From Octopus vulgaris (lineage: Eukaryota), in the NCBI GenBank assembly GCA_951406725.2, contig OX597816.1:25296001-25360000 (forward strand): DNA of 64,000 nucleotides, given 5' to 3'. Positions 1-14,777 of this stretch are shown here, in pieces; within the stretch, counting starts at the first letter, position 1; each line of letters starts with the position of its first letter. The notes beneath the pieces were generated by a model, which saw only the letters and a list, made by a program, of their open reading frames with translations, was not told the DNA's origin and did not search any database. A program made the position numbers and the translations under genes.

Positions 1-373
1 AACTGCAGAATTCCTTCTCGAGGAGGCTTCCCTCCTAGAGTTGTATAGGGCTAAAAGCGACGGAAGAGTATCAATAGCTGTGGAAACGTCCCAGCAATGT
101 TGGTAAAATTGCGAAATCCCGATCTTTGCTGGTTTCTCGGTAGCTAATTTTGGATAAAATTTTATGCTTTACTTATCGATGTTATAGCAAATTATTATTT
201 AAAAAACAAATCCAATAATTTTTCTTACTCTGAGAGATGATGACAAAGAAAATAAATATATACAGAGATAAACAATGGCAAATAGAACTTTCGTTAAAGG
301 ATATTCTATCGTTATATCCTTATAAATATATAAACCACTGTGGAATAAGGCTCATATTTATTTTATACACTAG

Positions 374-484
374 TCAATCCATGCCATAGGAGACCATGTA
401 AGAACGGTGGTTTGTGTATCAGGAAAGGACGTAGTTTCACCTGTAAATGCAGACCTGGTTACTCTGGAAGATACTGTAATATAT
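374..484 (+). CDS. EGF exon 1, (F)[36 protein letters not shown]
   Basis: CACTAG|TCAAT...AATATAT|GTAAGT; 111 bp, phase 1-1, 6-Cys EGF spacing. Confidence 0.9.
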
Positions 485-3400
485 GTAAGTATAACATAAC
501 AAATAGCCATAATTTATAGACATAGATTTATCATAGACTTTGTTTTACAAGTATATTTAAAGAGCGAAGACAGGTTTCTCATGAATACATATTAAGAAAG
601 GTGCTTGGTTGAATGGCTTGGTTAATGAAAATATATTGGGAGAAACTTCGCCTGTTAATCCACGTAATGAATCCCCATCCCTCTGTCGCCCCTCTCTCTA
701 ATATACATGTATATATACACATACTCGCATTTACTGAATCTCCCGTAGTTGCCGTGTAAATTTTCGCAATTGGGTGACTTGGCGGACTTTCAGCATAGTA
801 CACCGAAAAAGGTTGGATTTTCTCAATTGCGACGGTTATTCTTCAGTTTTCTTCCTTACACCCTTTCAAATGATGATTTGGGGAACTTTTCATTGGAAGA
901 AAATGTTTGAAAATTTATTAATCTCGGCTCCCAGCCTCAGAACAGATTTTTTTGTCCAATTTTCTTTTTGCATCCCGCACTTAAAAACAAAGAGCGACGC
1001 TTTTGCTTAAGAAAAAGATTTTGAAAAGTTACAAATTGTTTTGAAACCCGTAGCTAATATTTTTTATTTAAAGAAAAAAATTCAGAGCACACATACATAT
1101 ACACACTCACACTCACATACACCACACATACCGAAACATAGCCATACGCATACACATATACATATATGTAAGCATAATCGTTATTAGCCACGAAAGCTGT
1201 ATGGCTTCATAATAGCATTCTGCATATATTCCTTAACATGGGCATAACGTATAAGCCACAAAACTGCAGAATTCCTTCTCGAGGAGGCTTCCCTCCTAGA
1301 GTTGTATAGGGCTAAAAGCGACGGAAGAGTATCAATAGCTGTGGAAACGTCCCAGCAATGTTGGTAAAATTGCGAAATCCCGATCTTTGCTGGTTTCTCG
1401 GTAGCTAATTTTGGATAAAATTTTATGCTTTACTTATCGATGTTATAGCAAATTATTATTTAAAAAACAAATCCAATAATTTTTCTTACTCTGAGAGATG
1501 ATGACAAAGAAAATAAATATATACAGAGATAAACAATGGCAAATAGAACTTTCGTTAAAGGATATTCTATCGTTATATCCTTATAAATATATAAACCACT
1601 GTGGAATAAGGCTCATATTTATTTTATACACTAGTCAATCCATGCCATAGGAGACCATGTAAGAACGGTGGTTTGTGTATCAGGAAAGGACGTAGTTTCA
1701 CCTGTAAATGCAGACCTGGTTACTCTGGAAGATACTGTAATATATGTAAGTATAACATAACAAATAGCCATAATTTATAGACATAGATTTATCATAGACT
1801 TTGTTTTACAAGTATATTTAAAGAGCGAAGACAGGTTTCTCATGAATACATATTAAGAAAGGTGCTTGGTTGAATGGCTTGGTTAATGAAAATATATTGG
1901 GAGAAACTTCGCCTGTTAATCCACGTAATGAATCCCCATCCCTCTGTCGCCCCTCTCTCTAATATACATGTATATATACACATACTCGCATTTACTGAAT
2001 CTCCCGTAGTTGCCGTGTAATTTTCGCAATTGGGTGACTTGGCGGACTTTCAGCATAGTACACCGAAAAAGGTTGGATTTTCTCAATTGCGACGGTTATT
2101 CTTCAGTTTTCTTCCTTACACCCTTTCAAATGATGATTTGGGGAACTTTTCATTGGAAGAAAATGTTTGAAAATTTATTAATCTCGGCTCCCAGCCTCAG
2201 AACAGATTTTTTTGTCCAATTTTCTTTTTGCATCCCGCACTTAAAAACAAAGAGCGACGCTTTTGCTAAAGAAAAAGATTTTGAAAAGTTACAAATTGTT
2301 TTGAAACCCGAAGCTCATATTTTTTTTTAAAGAAAAAATTCAGAGCACACATACATATTCACACTCACACTCACATACACCACACATACCGAAACATAGC
2401 CATACGCATACACATATACATATATGTAAGTATAATCGTTATTAGCCACGTAAGCTGTATGGCTTCATAATAGCATTTTGCATATATTCCTTAACATGGG
2501 CATAACGTATAAGCCACAAAACTGCAGAATTCCTTCTTGAGGAGGCTTCCCTCCTAGAGTTGTATAGGGCTAAAAGCGACGGAAGAGTATCAATAGCTGT
2601 GGAAACGTCCCAGCAATGTTGGTAAAATTGCGAAATCCCGATCTTTACTGGTTTCTCGGTAGCTAATTTTGGATAAAATTTTATGCTTTACTTATCGATG
2701 TTATAGCAAATTATTATTTAAAAAACAAATCCAATAATTTTTCTTACTCTGAGAGATGATGACAAAGAAAATAAATATATACAGAGATAAACAATGGCAA
2801 ATAGAACTTTCGTTAAAGGATATTCTATCGTTATATCCTTATAAATATATAAACCACTGTGGAATAAGGCTCATATTTATTTTATACACTAGTCAATCCA
2901 TGCCATAGGAGACCATGTAAGAACGGTGGTTTGTGTATCAGGAAAGGACGTAGTTTCACCTGTAAATGCAGACCTGGTTACTCTGGAAGATACTGTAATA
3001 TATGTAAGTATAACATAACAAATAGCTATAATTTATAGACATAGATTTATCATAGACTTTGTTTTACAAGTATATTTAAAGAGCCAAGACAGGTTTCTCA
3101 TGAATACATATTAAGAAAGGTGCTTGGTTGAATGGCTTGGTTAATGAAAATATATTGGGAGAAACTTCGCCTGTTAATCCACGTAATGAATCCCCATCCC
3201 TCTGTCGCCCCTCTCTCTAATATACATGTATATATACACATACTCGCATTTACTGAATCTCCCGTAGTTGCCGTGTAATTTTCGCAATTGGGTGACTTGG
3301 CGGACTTTCAGCATAGTACACCGAAAAAGGTTGGATTTTCTCAATTGCGACGGTTATTCTTCAGTTTTCTTCCTTACACCCTTTCAAATGATGATTTGGG

Positions 3401-6400
3401 GAACTTTTCATTGGAAGAAAATGTTTGAAAATTTATTAATCTCGGCTCCCAGCCTCAGAACAGATTTTTTTGTCCAATTTTCTTTTTGCATCCCGCACTT
3501 AAAAACAAAGAGCGACGCTTTTGCTTAAGAAAAAGATTTTGAAAAGTTACAAATTGTTTTGAAACCCGTAGCTAATATTTTTTATTTAAAGAAAAAAATT
3601 CAGAGCACACATACATATACACACTCACACTCACATACACCACACATACCGAAACATAGCCATACGCATACACATATACATATATGTAAGCATAATCGTT
3701 ATTAGCCACGAAAGCTGTATGGCTTCATAATAGCATTCTGCATATATTCCTTAACATGGGCATAACGTATAAGCCACAAAACTGCAGAATTCCTTCTCGA
3801 GGAGGCTTCCCTCCTAGAGTTGTATAGGGCTAAAAGCGACGGAAGAGTATCAATAGCTGTGGAAACGTCCCAGCAATGTTGGTAAAATTGCGAAATCCCG
3901 ATCTTTGCTGGTTTCTCGGTAGCTAATTTTGGATAAAATTTTATGCTTTACTTATCGATGTTATAGCAAATTATTATTTAAAAAACAAATCCAATAATTT
4001 TTCTTACTCTGAGAGATGATGACAAAGAAAATAAATATATACAGAGATAAACAATGGCAAATAGAACTTTCGTTAAAGGATATTCTATCGTTATATCCTT
4101 ATAAATATATAAACCACTGTGGAATAAGGCTCATATTTATTTTATACACTAGTCAATCCATGCCAAAGGAGACCATGTAAGAACGGTGGTTTGTGTATCA
4201 GGAAAGGACGTAGTTTCACCTGTAAATGCAGACCTGGTTACTCTGGAAGTTACTGTAATATATGTAAGTATAACATAACAAATAGCCATAATTTATAGAC
4301 ATAGATTTATCATAGATTTTTTTTTACAAGTATAATTAAAGAGCGAAGACAGGTTTCTCATGAATACATATTAAGAAAGGTGCTTGGTTGAATGGCTTGG
4401 TTAATGAAAATATATTGGGAGAAACTTCGCCTGTTAATCCACGTAATGAATCCCCATCCCTCTGTCGCCCCTCTCTCTAATATACATGTATATATACACA
4501 TACTCGCATTTACTGAATCTCCCGTAGTTGCCGTGTAAATTTCGCAATTGGGTGACTTGGCGGACTTTCAGCATAGTACACCGAAAAAGGTTGGATTTTC
4601 TCAATTGCGACGGTTATTCTTCAGTTTTCTTCCTTACACCCTTTCAAATGATGATTTGGGGAACTTTTCATTGGAAGAAAATGTTTGAAAATTTATTAAT
4701 CTCGGCTCCCAGCCTCAGAACAGATTTTTTTGTCCAATTTTCTTTTTGCATCCCGCACTTAAAAACAAAGAGCGACGCTTTTGCTTAAGAAAAAGATTTT
4801 GAAAAGTTACAAATTGTTTTGAAACCCGTAGCTAATATTTTTTATTTAAAGAAAAAAATTCAGAGCACACATACATATACACACTCACACTCACATACAC
4901 CACACATACCGAAACATAGCCATACGCATACACATATACATATATGTAAGCATAATCGTTATTAGCCACGAAAGCTGTATGGCTTCATAATAGCATTCTG
5001 CATATATTCCTTAACATGGGCATAACGTATAAGCCACAAAACTGCAGAATTCCTTCTCGAGGAGGCTTCCCTCCTAGAGTTGTATAGGGCTAAAAGCGAC
5101 GGAAGAGTATCAATAGCTGTGGAAACGTCCCAGCAATGTTGGTAAAATTGCGAAATCCCGATCTTTGCTGGTTTCTCGGTAGTTAATTTTGGATAAAATT
5201 TTATACTTTACTTATCGATGTTATAGCAAATTATTATTTAAAAAACAAATCCAATAATTTTTCTTACTCTGAGAGATGATGACAAAGAAAATAAATATAT
5301 ACAGAGATAAACAATGGCAAATAGAACTTTCGTTAAAGGATATTCTATCGTTATATCCTTATAAATATATAAACCACTGTGGAATAAGGCTCATATTTAT
5401 TTTATACACTAGTCAATCCATGCCATAGGAGACCATGTAAGAACGGTGGTTTGTGTATCAGGAAAGGACGTAGTTTCACCTGTAAATGCAGACCTGGTTA
5501 CTCTGGAAGATACTGTAATATATGTAAGTATAACATAACAAATAGCTATCATTTATAGACATAGATTTATCATAGACTTTGTTTTACAAGTATATTTAAA
5601 GAGCCAAGACAGGTTTCTCATGAATACATATTAAGAAAGGTGCTTGGTTGAATGGCTTGGTTAATGAAAATATATTGGGAGAAACTTCGCCTGTTAATCC
5701 ACGTAATGAATCCCCATCCCTCTGTCGCCCCTCTCTCTAATATACATGTATATATACACATACTCGCATTTACTGAATCTCCCGTAGTTGCCGTGTAAAT
5801 TTCGCAATTGGGTGACTTGGCGGACTTTCAGCATAGTACACCGAAAAAGGTTGGATTTTCTCAATTGCGACGGTTATTCTTCAGTTTTCTTCCTTACACC
5901 CTTTCAAATGATGATTTGGGGAACTTTTCATTGGAAGAAAATGTTTGAAAATTTATTAATCTCGGCTCCCAGCCTCAGAACAGATTTTTTTGTCCAATTT
6001 TCTTTTTGCATCCCGCACTTAAAAACAAAGAGCGACGCTTTTGCTTAAGAAAAAGATTTTGAAAAGTTACAAATTGTTTTGAAACCCGTAGCTAATATTT
6101 TTTATTTAAAGAAAAAAATTCAGAGCACACATACATATACACACTCACACTCACATACACCACACATACCGAAACATAGCCATACGCATACACATATACA
6201 TATATGTAAGCATAATCGTTATTAGCCACGAAAGCTGTATGGCTTCATAATAGCATTCTGCATATATTCCTTAACATGGGCATAACGTATAAGCCACAAA
6301 ACTGCAGAATTCCTTCTCGAGGAGGCTCCCTCCTAGAGTTGTATAGGGCTAAAAGCGACGGAAGAGTATCAATAGCTGTGGAAACGTCCCAGCAATGTTG

Positions 6401-9400
6401 GTAAAATTGCGAAATCCCGATCTTTGCTGGTTTCTCGGTAGCTAATTTTGGATAAAATTTTATGCTTTACTTATCGATGTTATAGCAAATTATTATTTAA
6501 AAAACAAATCCAATAATTTTTCTTACTCTGAGAGATGATGACAAAGAAAATAAATATATACAGAGATAAACAATGGCAAATAGAACTTTCGTTAAAGGAT
6601 ATTCTATCGTTATATCCTTATAAATATATAAACCACTGTGGAATAAGGCTCATATTTATTTTATACACTAGTCAATCCATGCCATAGGAGACCATGTAAG
6701 AACGGTGGTTTGTGTATCAGGAAAGGACGTAGTTTCACCTGTAAATGCAGACCTGGTTACTCTGGAAGATACTGTAATATATGTAAGTATAACATAACAA
6801 ATAGCTATCATTTATAGACATAGATTTATCATAGACTTTGTTTTACAAGTATATTTAAAGAGCGAAGACAGGTTTCTCATGAATACATATTAAGAAAGGT
6901 GCTTGGTTGAATGGCTTGGTTAATGAAAATATATTGGGAGAAACTTCGCCTGTTAATCCACGTAATGAATCCCCATCCCTCTGTCGCCCCTCTCTCTAAT
7001 ATACATGTATATATACACATACTCGCATTTACTGAATCTCCCGTAGTTGCCGTGTAATTTTCGCAATTGGGTGACTTGGCGGACTTTCAGCATAGTACAC
7101 CGAAAAAGGTTGGATTTTCTCAATTGCGACGGTTATTCTTCAGTTTTCTTCCTTACACACTTTCAAATGATGATTTGGGGAACTTTTCATTGGCAGAAAA
7201 TGTTTGAAAATTTATTAATCTCGGCTCCCAGCCTCAGAACAGATTTTTTTGTCCAATTTTCTTTTTGCATCCCGCACTTAAAAACAAAGAGCGACGCTTT
7301 TGCTTAAGAAAAAGATTTTGAAAAGTTACAAATTGTTTTGAAACCCGTAGCTAATATTTTTTATTTAAAGAAAAAAATTCAGAGCACACATACATATACA
7401 CACTCACACTCACATACACCACACATACCGAAACATAGCCATACGCATACACATATACATATATGTAAGCATAATCGTTATTAGCCACGAAAGCTGTATG
7501 GCTTCATAATAGCATTCTGCATATATTCCTTAACATGGGCATAACGTATAAGCCACAAAACTGCAGAATTCCTTCTCGAGGAGGCTTCCCTCCTAGAGTT
7601 GTATAGGGCTAAAAGCGACGGAAGAGTATCAATAGCTGTGGAAACGTCCCAGCAATGTTGGTAAAATTGCGAAATCCCGATCTTTGCTGGTTTCTCGGTA
7701 GCTAATTTTGGATAAAATTTTATGCTTTACTTATCGATGTTATAGCAAATTATTATTTAAAAAACAAATCCAATAATTTTTCTTACTCTGAGAGATGATG
7801 ACAAAGAAAATAAATATATACAGAGATAAACAATGGCAAATAGAACTTTCGTTAAAGGATATTCTATCGTTATATCCTTATAAATATATAAACCACTGTG
7901 GAATAAGGCTCATATTTATTTTATACACTAGTCAATCCATGCCATAGGAGACCATGTAAGAACGGTGGTTTGTGTATCAGGAAAGGACGTAGTTTCACCT
8001 GTAAATGCAGACCTGGTTACTCTGGAAGATACTGTAATATATGTAAGTATAACATAACAAATAGCTATCATTTATAGACATAGATTTATCATAGACTTTG
8101 TTTTACAAGTATATTTAAAGAGCCAAGACAGGTTTCTCATGAATACATATTAAGAAAGGTGCTTGGTTGAATGGCTTGGTTAATGAAAATATATTGGGAG
8201 AAACTTCGCCTGTTAATCCACGTAATGAATCCCCATCCCTCTGTCGCCCCTCTCTCTAATATACATGTATATATACACATACTCGCATTTACTGAATCTC
8301 CCGTAGTTGCCGTGTAATTTTCGCAATTGGGTGACTTGGCGGACTTTCTGCATAGTACACCGAAAAAGGTTGGATTTTCTCAATTGCGACGGTTATTCTT
8401 CAGTTTTCTTCCTTACACCCTTTCAAATGATGATTTGGGGAACTTTTCATTGGAAGAAAATGTTTGAAAATTTATTAATCTCGGCTCCCAGCCTCAGAAC
8501 AGATTTTTTTGTCCAATTTTCTTTTTGCATCCCGCACTTAAAAACAAAGAGCGACGCTTTTGCTTAAGAAAAAGATTTTGAAAAGTTACAAATTGTTTTG
8601 AAACCCGTAGCTAATATTTTTTATTTAAAGAAAAAAATTCAGAGCACACATACATATACACACTCACACTCACATACACCACACATACCGAAACATAGCC
8701 ATACGCATACACATATACATATATGTAAGCATAATCGTTATTAGCCACGAAAGCTGTATGGCTTCATAATAGCATTCTGCATATATTCCTTAACATGGGC
8801 ATAACGTATAAGCCACAAAACTGCAGAATTCCTTCTCGAGGAGGCTTCCTCCTAGAGTTGTATAGGGCTAAAAGCGACGGAAGAGTATCAATAGCTGTGG
8901 AAACGTCCCAGCAATGTTGGTAAAATTGTGAAATCCCGATCTTTGCTGGTTTCTCGGTAGTTAATTTTGGATAAAATTTTATACTTTACTTATCGATGTT
9001 ATAGCAAATTATTATTTAAAAAACAAATCCAATAATTTTTCTTACTCTGAGAGATGATGACAAAGAAAATAAATATATACAGAGATAAACAATGGCAAAT
9101 AGAACTTTCGTTAAAGGATATTCTATCGTTATATCCTTATAAATATATAAACCACTGTGGAATAAGGCTCATATTTATTTTATACACTAGTCAATCCATG
9201 CCATAGGAGACCATGTAAGAACGGTGGTTTGTGTATCAGGAAAGGACGTAGTTTCACCTGTAAATGCAGACCTGGTTACTCTGGAAGATACTGTAATATA
9301 TGTAAGTATAACATAACAAATAGCTATCATTTATAGACATAGATTTATCATAGACTTTGTTTTACAAGTATATTTAAAGAGCGAAGACAGGTTTCTCATG

Positions 9401-12400
9401 AATACATATTAAGAAAGGTGCTTGGTTGAATGGCTTGGTTAATGAAAATATATTGGGAGAAACTTCGCCTGTTAATCCACGTAATGAATCCCCATCCCTC
9501 TGTCGCCCCTCTCCCTAATATACATGTATATATACACATACTCGCATTTACTGAATCTCCCGTAGTTGCCGTGTAATTTTCGCAATTGGGTGACTTGGCG
9601 GACTTTCAGCATAGTACACCGAAAAAGGTTGGATTTTCTCAATTGCGACGGTTATTCTTCAGTTTTCTTCCTTACACCCTTTCAAATGATGATTTGGGGA
9701 ACTTTTCATTGGAAGAAAATGTTTGAAAATTTATTAATCTCGGCTCCCAGCCTCAGAACAGATTTTTTTGTCCAATTTTCTTTTTGCATCCCGCACTTAA
9801 AAACAAAGAGCGACGCTTTTGCTTAAGAAAAAGATTTTGAAAAGTTACAAATTGTTTTGAAACCCGTAGCTAATATTTTTTATTTAAAGAAAAAAATTCA
9901 GAGCACACATACATATACACACTCACACTCACATACACCACACATACCGAAACATAGCCATACGCATACACATATACATATATGTAAGCATAATCGTTAT
10001 TAGCCACGAAAGCTGTATGGCTTCATAATAGCATTCTGCATATATTCCTTAACATGGGCATAACGTATAAGCCACAAAACTGCAGAATTCCTTCTCGAGG
10101 AGGCTTCCCTCCTAGAGTTGTATAGGGCTAAAAGCGACGGAAGAGTATCAATAGCTGTGGAAACGTCCCAGCAATGTTGGTAAAATTGCGAAATCCCGAT
10201 CTTTGCTGGTTTCTCGGTAGTTAATTTTGGATAAAATTTTATACTTTACTTATCGATGTTATAGCAAATTATTATTTAAAAAACAAATCCAATAATTTTT
10301 CTTACTCTGAGAGATGATGACAAAGAAAATAAATATATACAGAGATAAACAATGGCAAATAGAACTTTCGTTAAAGGATATTCTATCGTTATATCCTTAT
10401 AAATATATAAACCACTGTGGAATAAGGCTCATATTTATTTTATACACTAGTCAATCCATGCCATAGGAGACCATGTAAGAACGGTGGTTTGTGTATCAGG
10501 AAAGGACGTAGTTTCACCTGTAAATGCAGACCTGGTTACTCTGGAAGATACTGTAATATATGTAAGTATAACATAACAAATAGCTATCATTTATAGACAT
10601 AGATTTATCATAGACTTTGTTTTACAAGTATATTTAAAGAGCGAAGACAGGTTTCTCATGAATACATATTAAGAAAGGTGCTTGGTTGAATGGCTTGGTT
10701 AATGAAAATATATTGGGAGAAACTTCGCCTGTTAATCCACGTAATGAATCCCCATCCCTCTGTCGCCCCTCTCTCTAATATACATGTATATATACACATA
10801 CTCGCATTTACTGAATCTCCCGTAGTTGCCGTGTAATTTTCGCAATTGGGTGACTTGGCGGACTTTCAGCATAGTACACCGAAAAAGGTTGGATTTTCTC
10901 AATTGCGACGGTTATTCTTCAGTTTTCTTCCTTACACCCTTTCAAATGATGATTTGGGGAACTTTTCATTGGAAGAAAATGTTTGAAAATTTATTAATCT
11001 CGGCTCCCAGCCTCAGAACAGATTTTTTTGTCCAATTTTCTTTTTGCATCCCGCACTTAAAAACAAAGAGCGACGCTTTTGCTTAAGAAAAAGATTTTGA
11101 AAAGTTACAAATTGTTTTGAAACCCGAGCTAATATTTTTTTTTAAAGAAAAAAATTCAGAGCACACATACATATACACACTCACACTCACATACACCACA
11201 CATACCGAAACATAGCCATACGCATACACATATACATATATGTAAGCATAATCGTTATTAGCCACGAAAGCTGTATGGCTTCATAATAGCATTCTGCATA
11301 AAATCCTTAACATGGGCATAACGTATAAGCCACAAAACTGCAGAATTCCTTCTCGAGGAGGCTTCCCTCCTAGAGTTGTATAGGGCTAAAAGCGACGGAA
11401 GAGTATCAATAGCTGTGGAAACGTCCCAGCAATGTTGGTAAAATTGCGAAATCCCGATCTTTGCTGGTTTCTCGGTAGCTAATTTTGGATAAAATTTTAT
11501 GCTTTACTTATCGATGTTATAGCAAATTATTATTTAAAAAACAAATCCAATAATTTTTCTTACTCTGAGAGATGATGACAAAGAAAATAAATATATACAG
11601 AGATAAACAATAAGCAAATAGAACTTTCGTTAAAGGATATTCTATCGTTATATCCTTATAAATATATAAACCATTGTGGAATAAGGCTCATATTTATTTT
11701 ATACACTAGTCAATCCATGCCATAGGAGACCATGTAAGAACGGTGGTTTGTGTATCAGGAAAGGACGTAGTTTCACCTGTAAATGCAGACCTGGTTACTC
11801 TGGAAGATACTGTAATATATGTAAGTATAACATAACAAATAGCTATAATTTATAGACATAGATTTATCATAGACTTTGTTTTACAAGTATATTTAAAGAG
11901 CCAAGACAGGTTTCTCATGAATACATATTAAGAAAGGTGCTTGGTTGAATGGCTTGGTTAATGAAAATATCTTGGGAGAAACTTCGCGTGTTAATCCAGG
12001 TAATGAATCCCCATCCCTCTGTCGCTACTCTCTCTAATATACATGTATATATACACATACTCGCATTTACTGAATCTCCCGCAGTTGCCGTGTAAGTTTC
12101 GCAATTGGGTGACTTGGCGGACTTTCAGCATAGTACACCGAAACCGGTTGGATTTTCTCAACTGCGACGGTTATTTTTCAGTTTTCTTCCTTACACCCTT
12201 TCAAATGATGATTTGGGGAACATTTTATTGGAAGAAAATGTTTGAAAATTTATTAATCTCGGCTCCCAGCCTCAGGACAGACCTATTTGTCCAATTTTGT
12301 TTTTGCAGTACGCACTTAAAAACAAAGAGTGACGCTTTTGCTTAAGAAAAAGATTTTTAAAATTTACAAATTGCTTTGAAACCCGAAGCTCAGATTTTTT

Positions 12401-14342
12401 TTTTAAAGAAAAAATTCAGAGCACACATACATATACACACTCACACTCACATACACCACACATACCGAAACATAGCCATACGCATACACATATACATATA
12501 TGTAAGCATAATCGTTATTAACCACGAAAGCTGTATGGCTTCATAATAGCATTCTGCATATATTCCTTAACATGGGCATAACGTATAAGCCACAAAACTG
12601 CAGAATTCCTTCTTGAGGAGGCTTCTCCTCCTAGAGTTGTATAGGGCTAAAAGCGACGGAAGAGTATCAATAGCTGTGGAAACGTCCGAGCAATGTTGGT
12701 AAAATTGCGAAATCCGGATTTTTGCTGGTTTGTCGGTAGATAATTTTGGATAAAATTTTATGCTTTAACTTTCGATGTTATAGCAAATTATTATTTAAAA
12801 AACAAATCCAATAATTTTTCTTACTCAGAGAGATGAAGAGAAAGAAAATAAATATATACAGAGATAAACATTCGTTACAGGATATTCTATCGTTATATCC
12901 ATATGAATATATAGAAGACAGCGAAATAAGACTCATATTTCTTTTATACAGTGATAAATCCATGTCTTAGGAGATCGTTTAAGAACCGCAGGACATGTTT
13001 CAGGAGAGGTCGTAAATTCTTCTGTACATGCAGACCTGGTTACTCCGGAATATGCTGTACTGTATGTAAGTATAATATTAGCAGCCTTGAAGCTGCCAAT
13101 CGGGCGTCTTTCTAGCCAACCTTGCGACGTATAACTTCTGTACTGTAGTGGTCCCGGACACGTTCATTGTGTATGTTTTTTCCTGGTATTAATTATTCGA
13201 GGCTCCATTCCAAACTCCCTACCTACAAAAGTTGCGGGTGTCAGAAATTGAAACTCTTTAGGATACTCACTGGGAGTTCATGGTATGAAATTCATTGTTG
13301 GTACTGCTTGAGAACAGTAGTTCCTGTGCGAGCACTCGCGTACTCGCGCATCCGCGCTAGCTAGTCGTGACTAGTCGATCCTTACTTTGTGTTTTTGTGT
13401 GTTATTTACTTTGTTTGAAAAAATTATTTACTTTGTGTTTTTGTGTTTTTTTTACTTTGTTTAACAATAATTATTTACTTTGTGTAAAAAATTATTTATT
13501 TTGTGTTTTATTTACTTTGCTAGGTAGTCGTTGTAGTACCTTCATTGTTATTGCTCCGATTAGGTCGCCAATAATTTGTATTTAGTTTAGCAGGCAGTAA
13601 AAATAGGGTGTGAGTGGGGACCAAATTTGGCGGCCCTGAAAATTATAGATCCCCTTGGGACATTCATTGGGATTAGGGGAGCTGCTGGTTTTAATTTTGT
13701 TGACCTTGCATCATACTGTTATTTTCTGCTTCTGAAAAGGATGAAAATGAATCTTGTAAAATTATGTAAAATATATTCATTTCATAGCAATAATAAATAT
13801 CTGAACGAGATGTAAACAGTAACTGCACGACAATGTGATTTTTACCTTTTAAATTCAATTTAATTGGAAAATATGAATGAAGGTAGGAATTGAAACCTGC
13901 ATAGGAGACATGAAATTGACTGCTATTATGTAAATAAATTGATTTTTACTTTCCATTTTCTTCATACTATATATATATATATATATCTACAACTTAGCAC
14001 GCCGAACGAAATGCTAAGAGGATTTTCGTCTGTCTTTTCGTTGCACCGAGGTTGACTCTGCTTTTCAACCTTTCGAGGTCAATAAATTAAGTACCAGTTG
14101 CGTACTGGTGTGGATGTAATCGACTAGAACCACTCCCTCAAAATTTCGTGCCTTGTACCTAGACGAGAAAAGTATACATATATATATACAAATATGTATA
14201 TATATATATATATATAAAAAATATTTAAAAATTGAGGGAGATAAATTAATATTAATTTTAATATCAATTTAAAACCAGTAGTCCAGCATTCAAAAAATCT
14301 GAGGAGTCAGAGAAAATTCAAATATATGTGTATATTGGCAAT

Positions 14343-14424
<82 letters not shown>

Positions 14425-14706
14425 TAATAATAATATTAGGGAGTATAACTCCAAATTTACAGGGAAAAATTCATTTTAATATTAAATCAAATTTCACAGT
14501 ATAAATATATAAAATATGAATTAGAGATAAAACCACTATTATGCAACTCAAACAGTAATAATATTTATCATTCATTTTATACCTTTTGAGATCTAGTTAT
14601 AAGTTATATATTTAAACAAAAATTATATATATATATATTGGTTATTTATGTATTGGTTTATGTCTATTACTGTTTGAGTTGCATAATAGTGGTTTTATCT
14701 CTATTT

Positions 14707-14777
<71 letters not shown>

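Larger units (their letters stand above)
1..13075 (+). repeat. Tandem array of ~10.4 units of 1258-1261 bp, each one EGF exon plus one intron
   Basis: AAACTGCAGAATTCC recurs at ~1, 1261, 2519, 3779, 5039, 6299, 7558, 8818, 10077, 11335 and 12595. Units differ by only a few SNPs or 1-bp indels, and divergence rises after ~11,950. The array runs off the left window edge. Confidence 0.97.

Noticed and set aside
17-40. Small hairpin CTCGAGGAGG-CTTC-CCTCCTAGAG in each array unit, and AAGGATAT/ATATCCTT upstream of the acceptor
   Set aside because: Stems are short and conservation is uninformative in a homogenised array
774-12345. Repeated 78-106 aa [18 protein letters not shown]... in every 1260-bp unit
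   Set aside because: Starts are non-ATG, there is no domain or splice support, and it lies in the intron; it recurs only because the unit is duplicated
1-13075. CRISPR-like, rDNA or histone-type tandem array
   Set aside because: No repeat-spacer structure and no recognisable RNA or histone gene; the unit is explained by EGF exon plus intron
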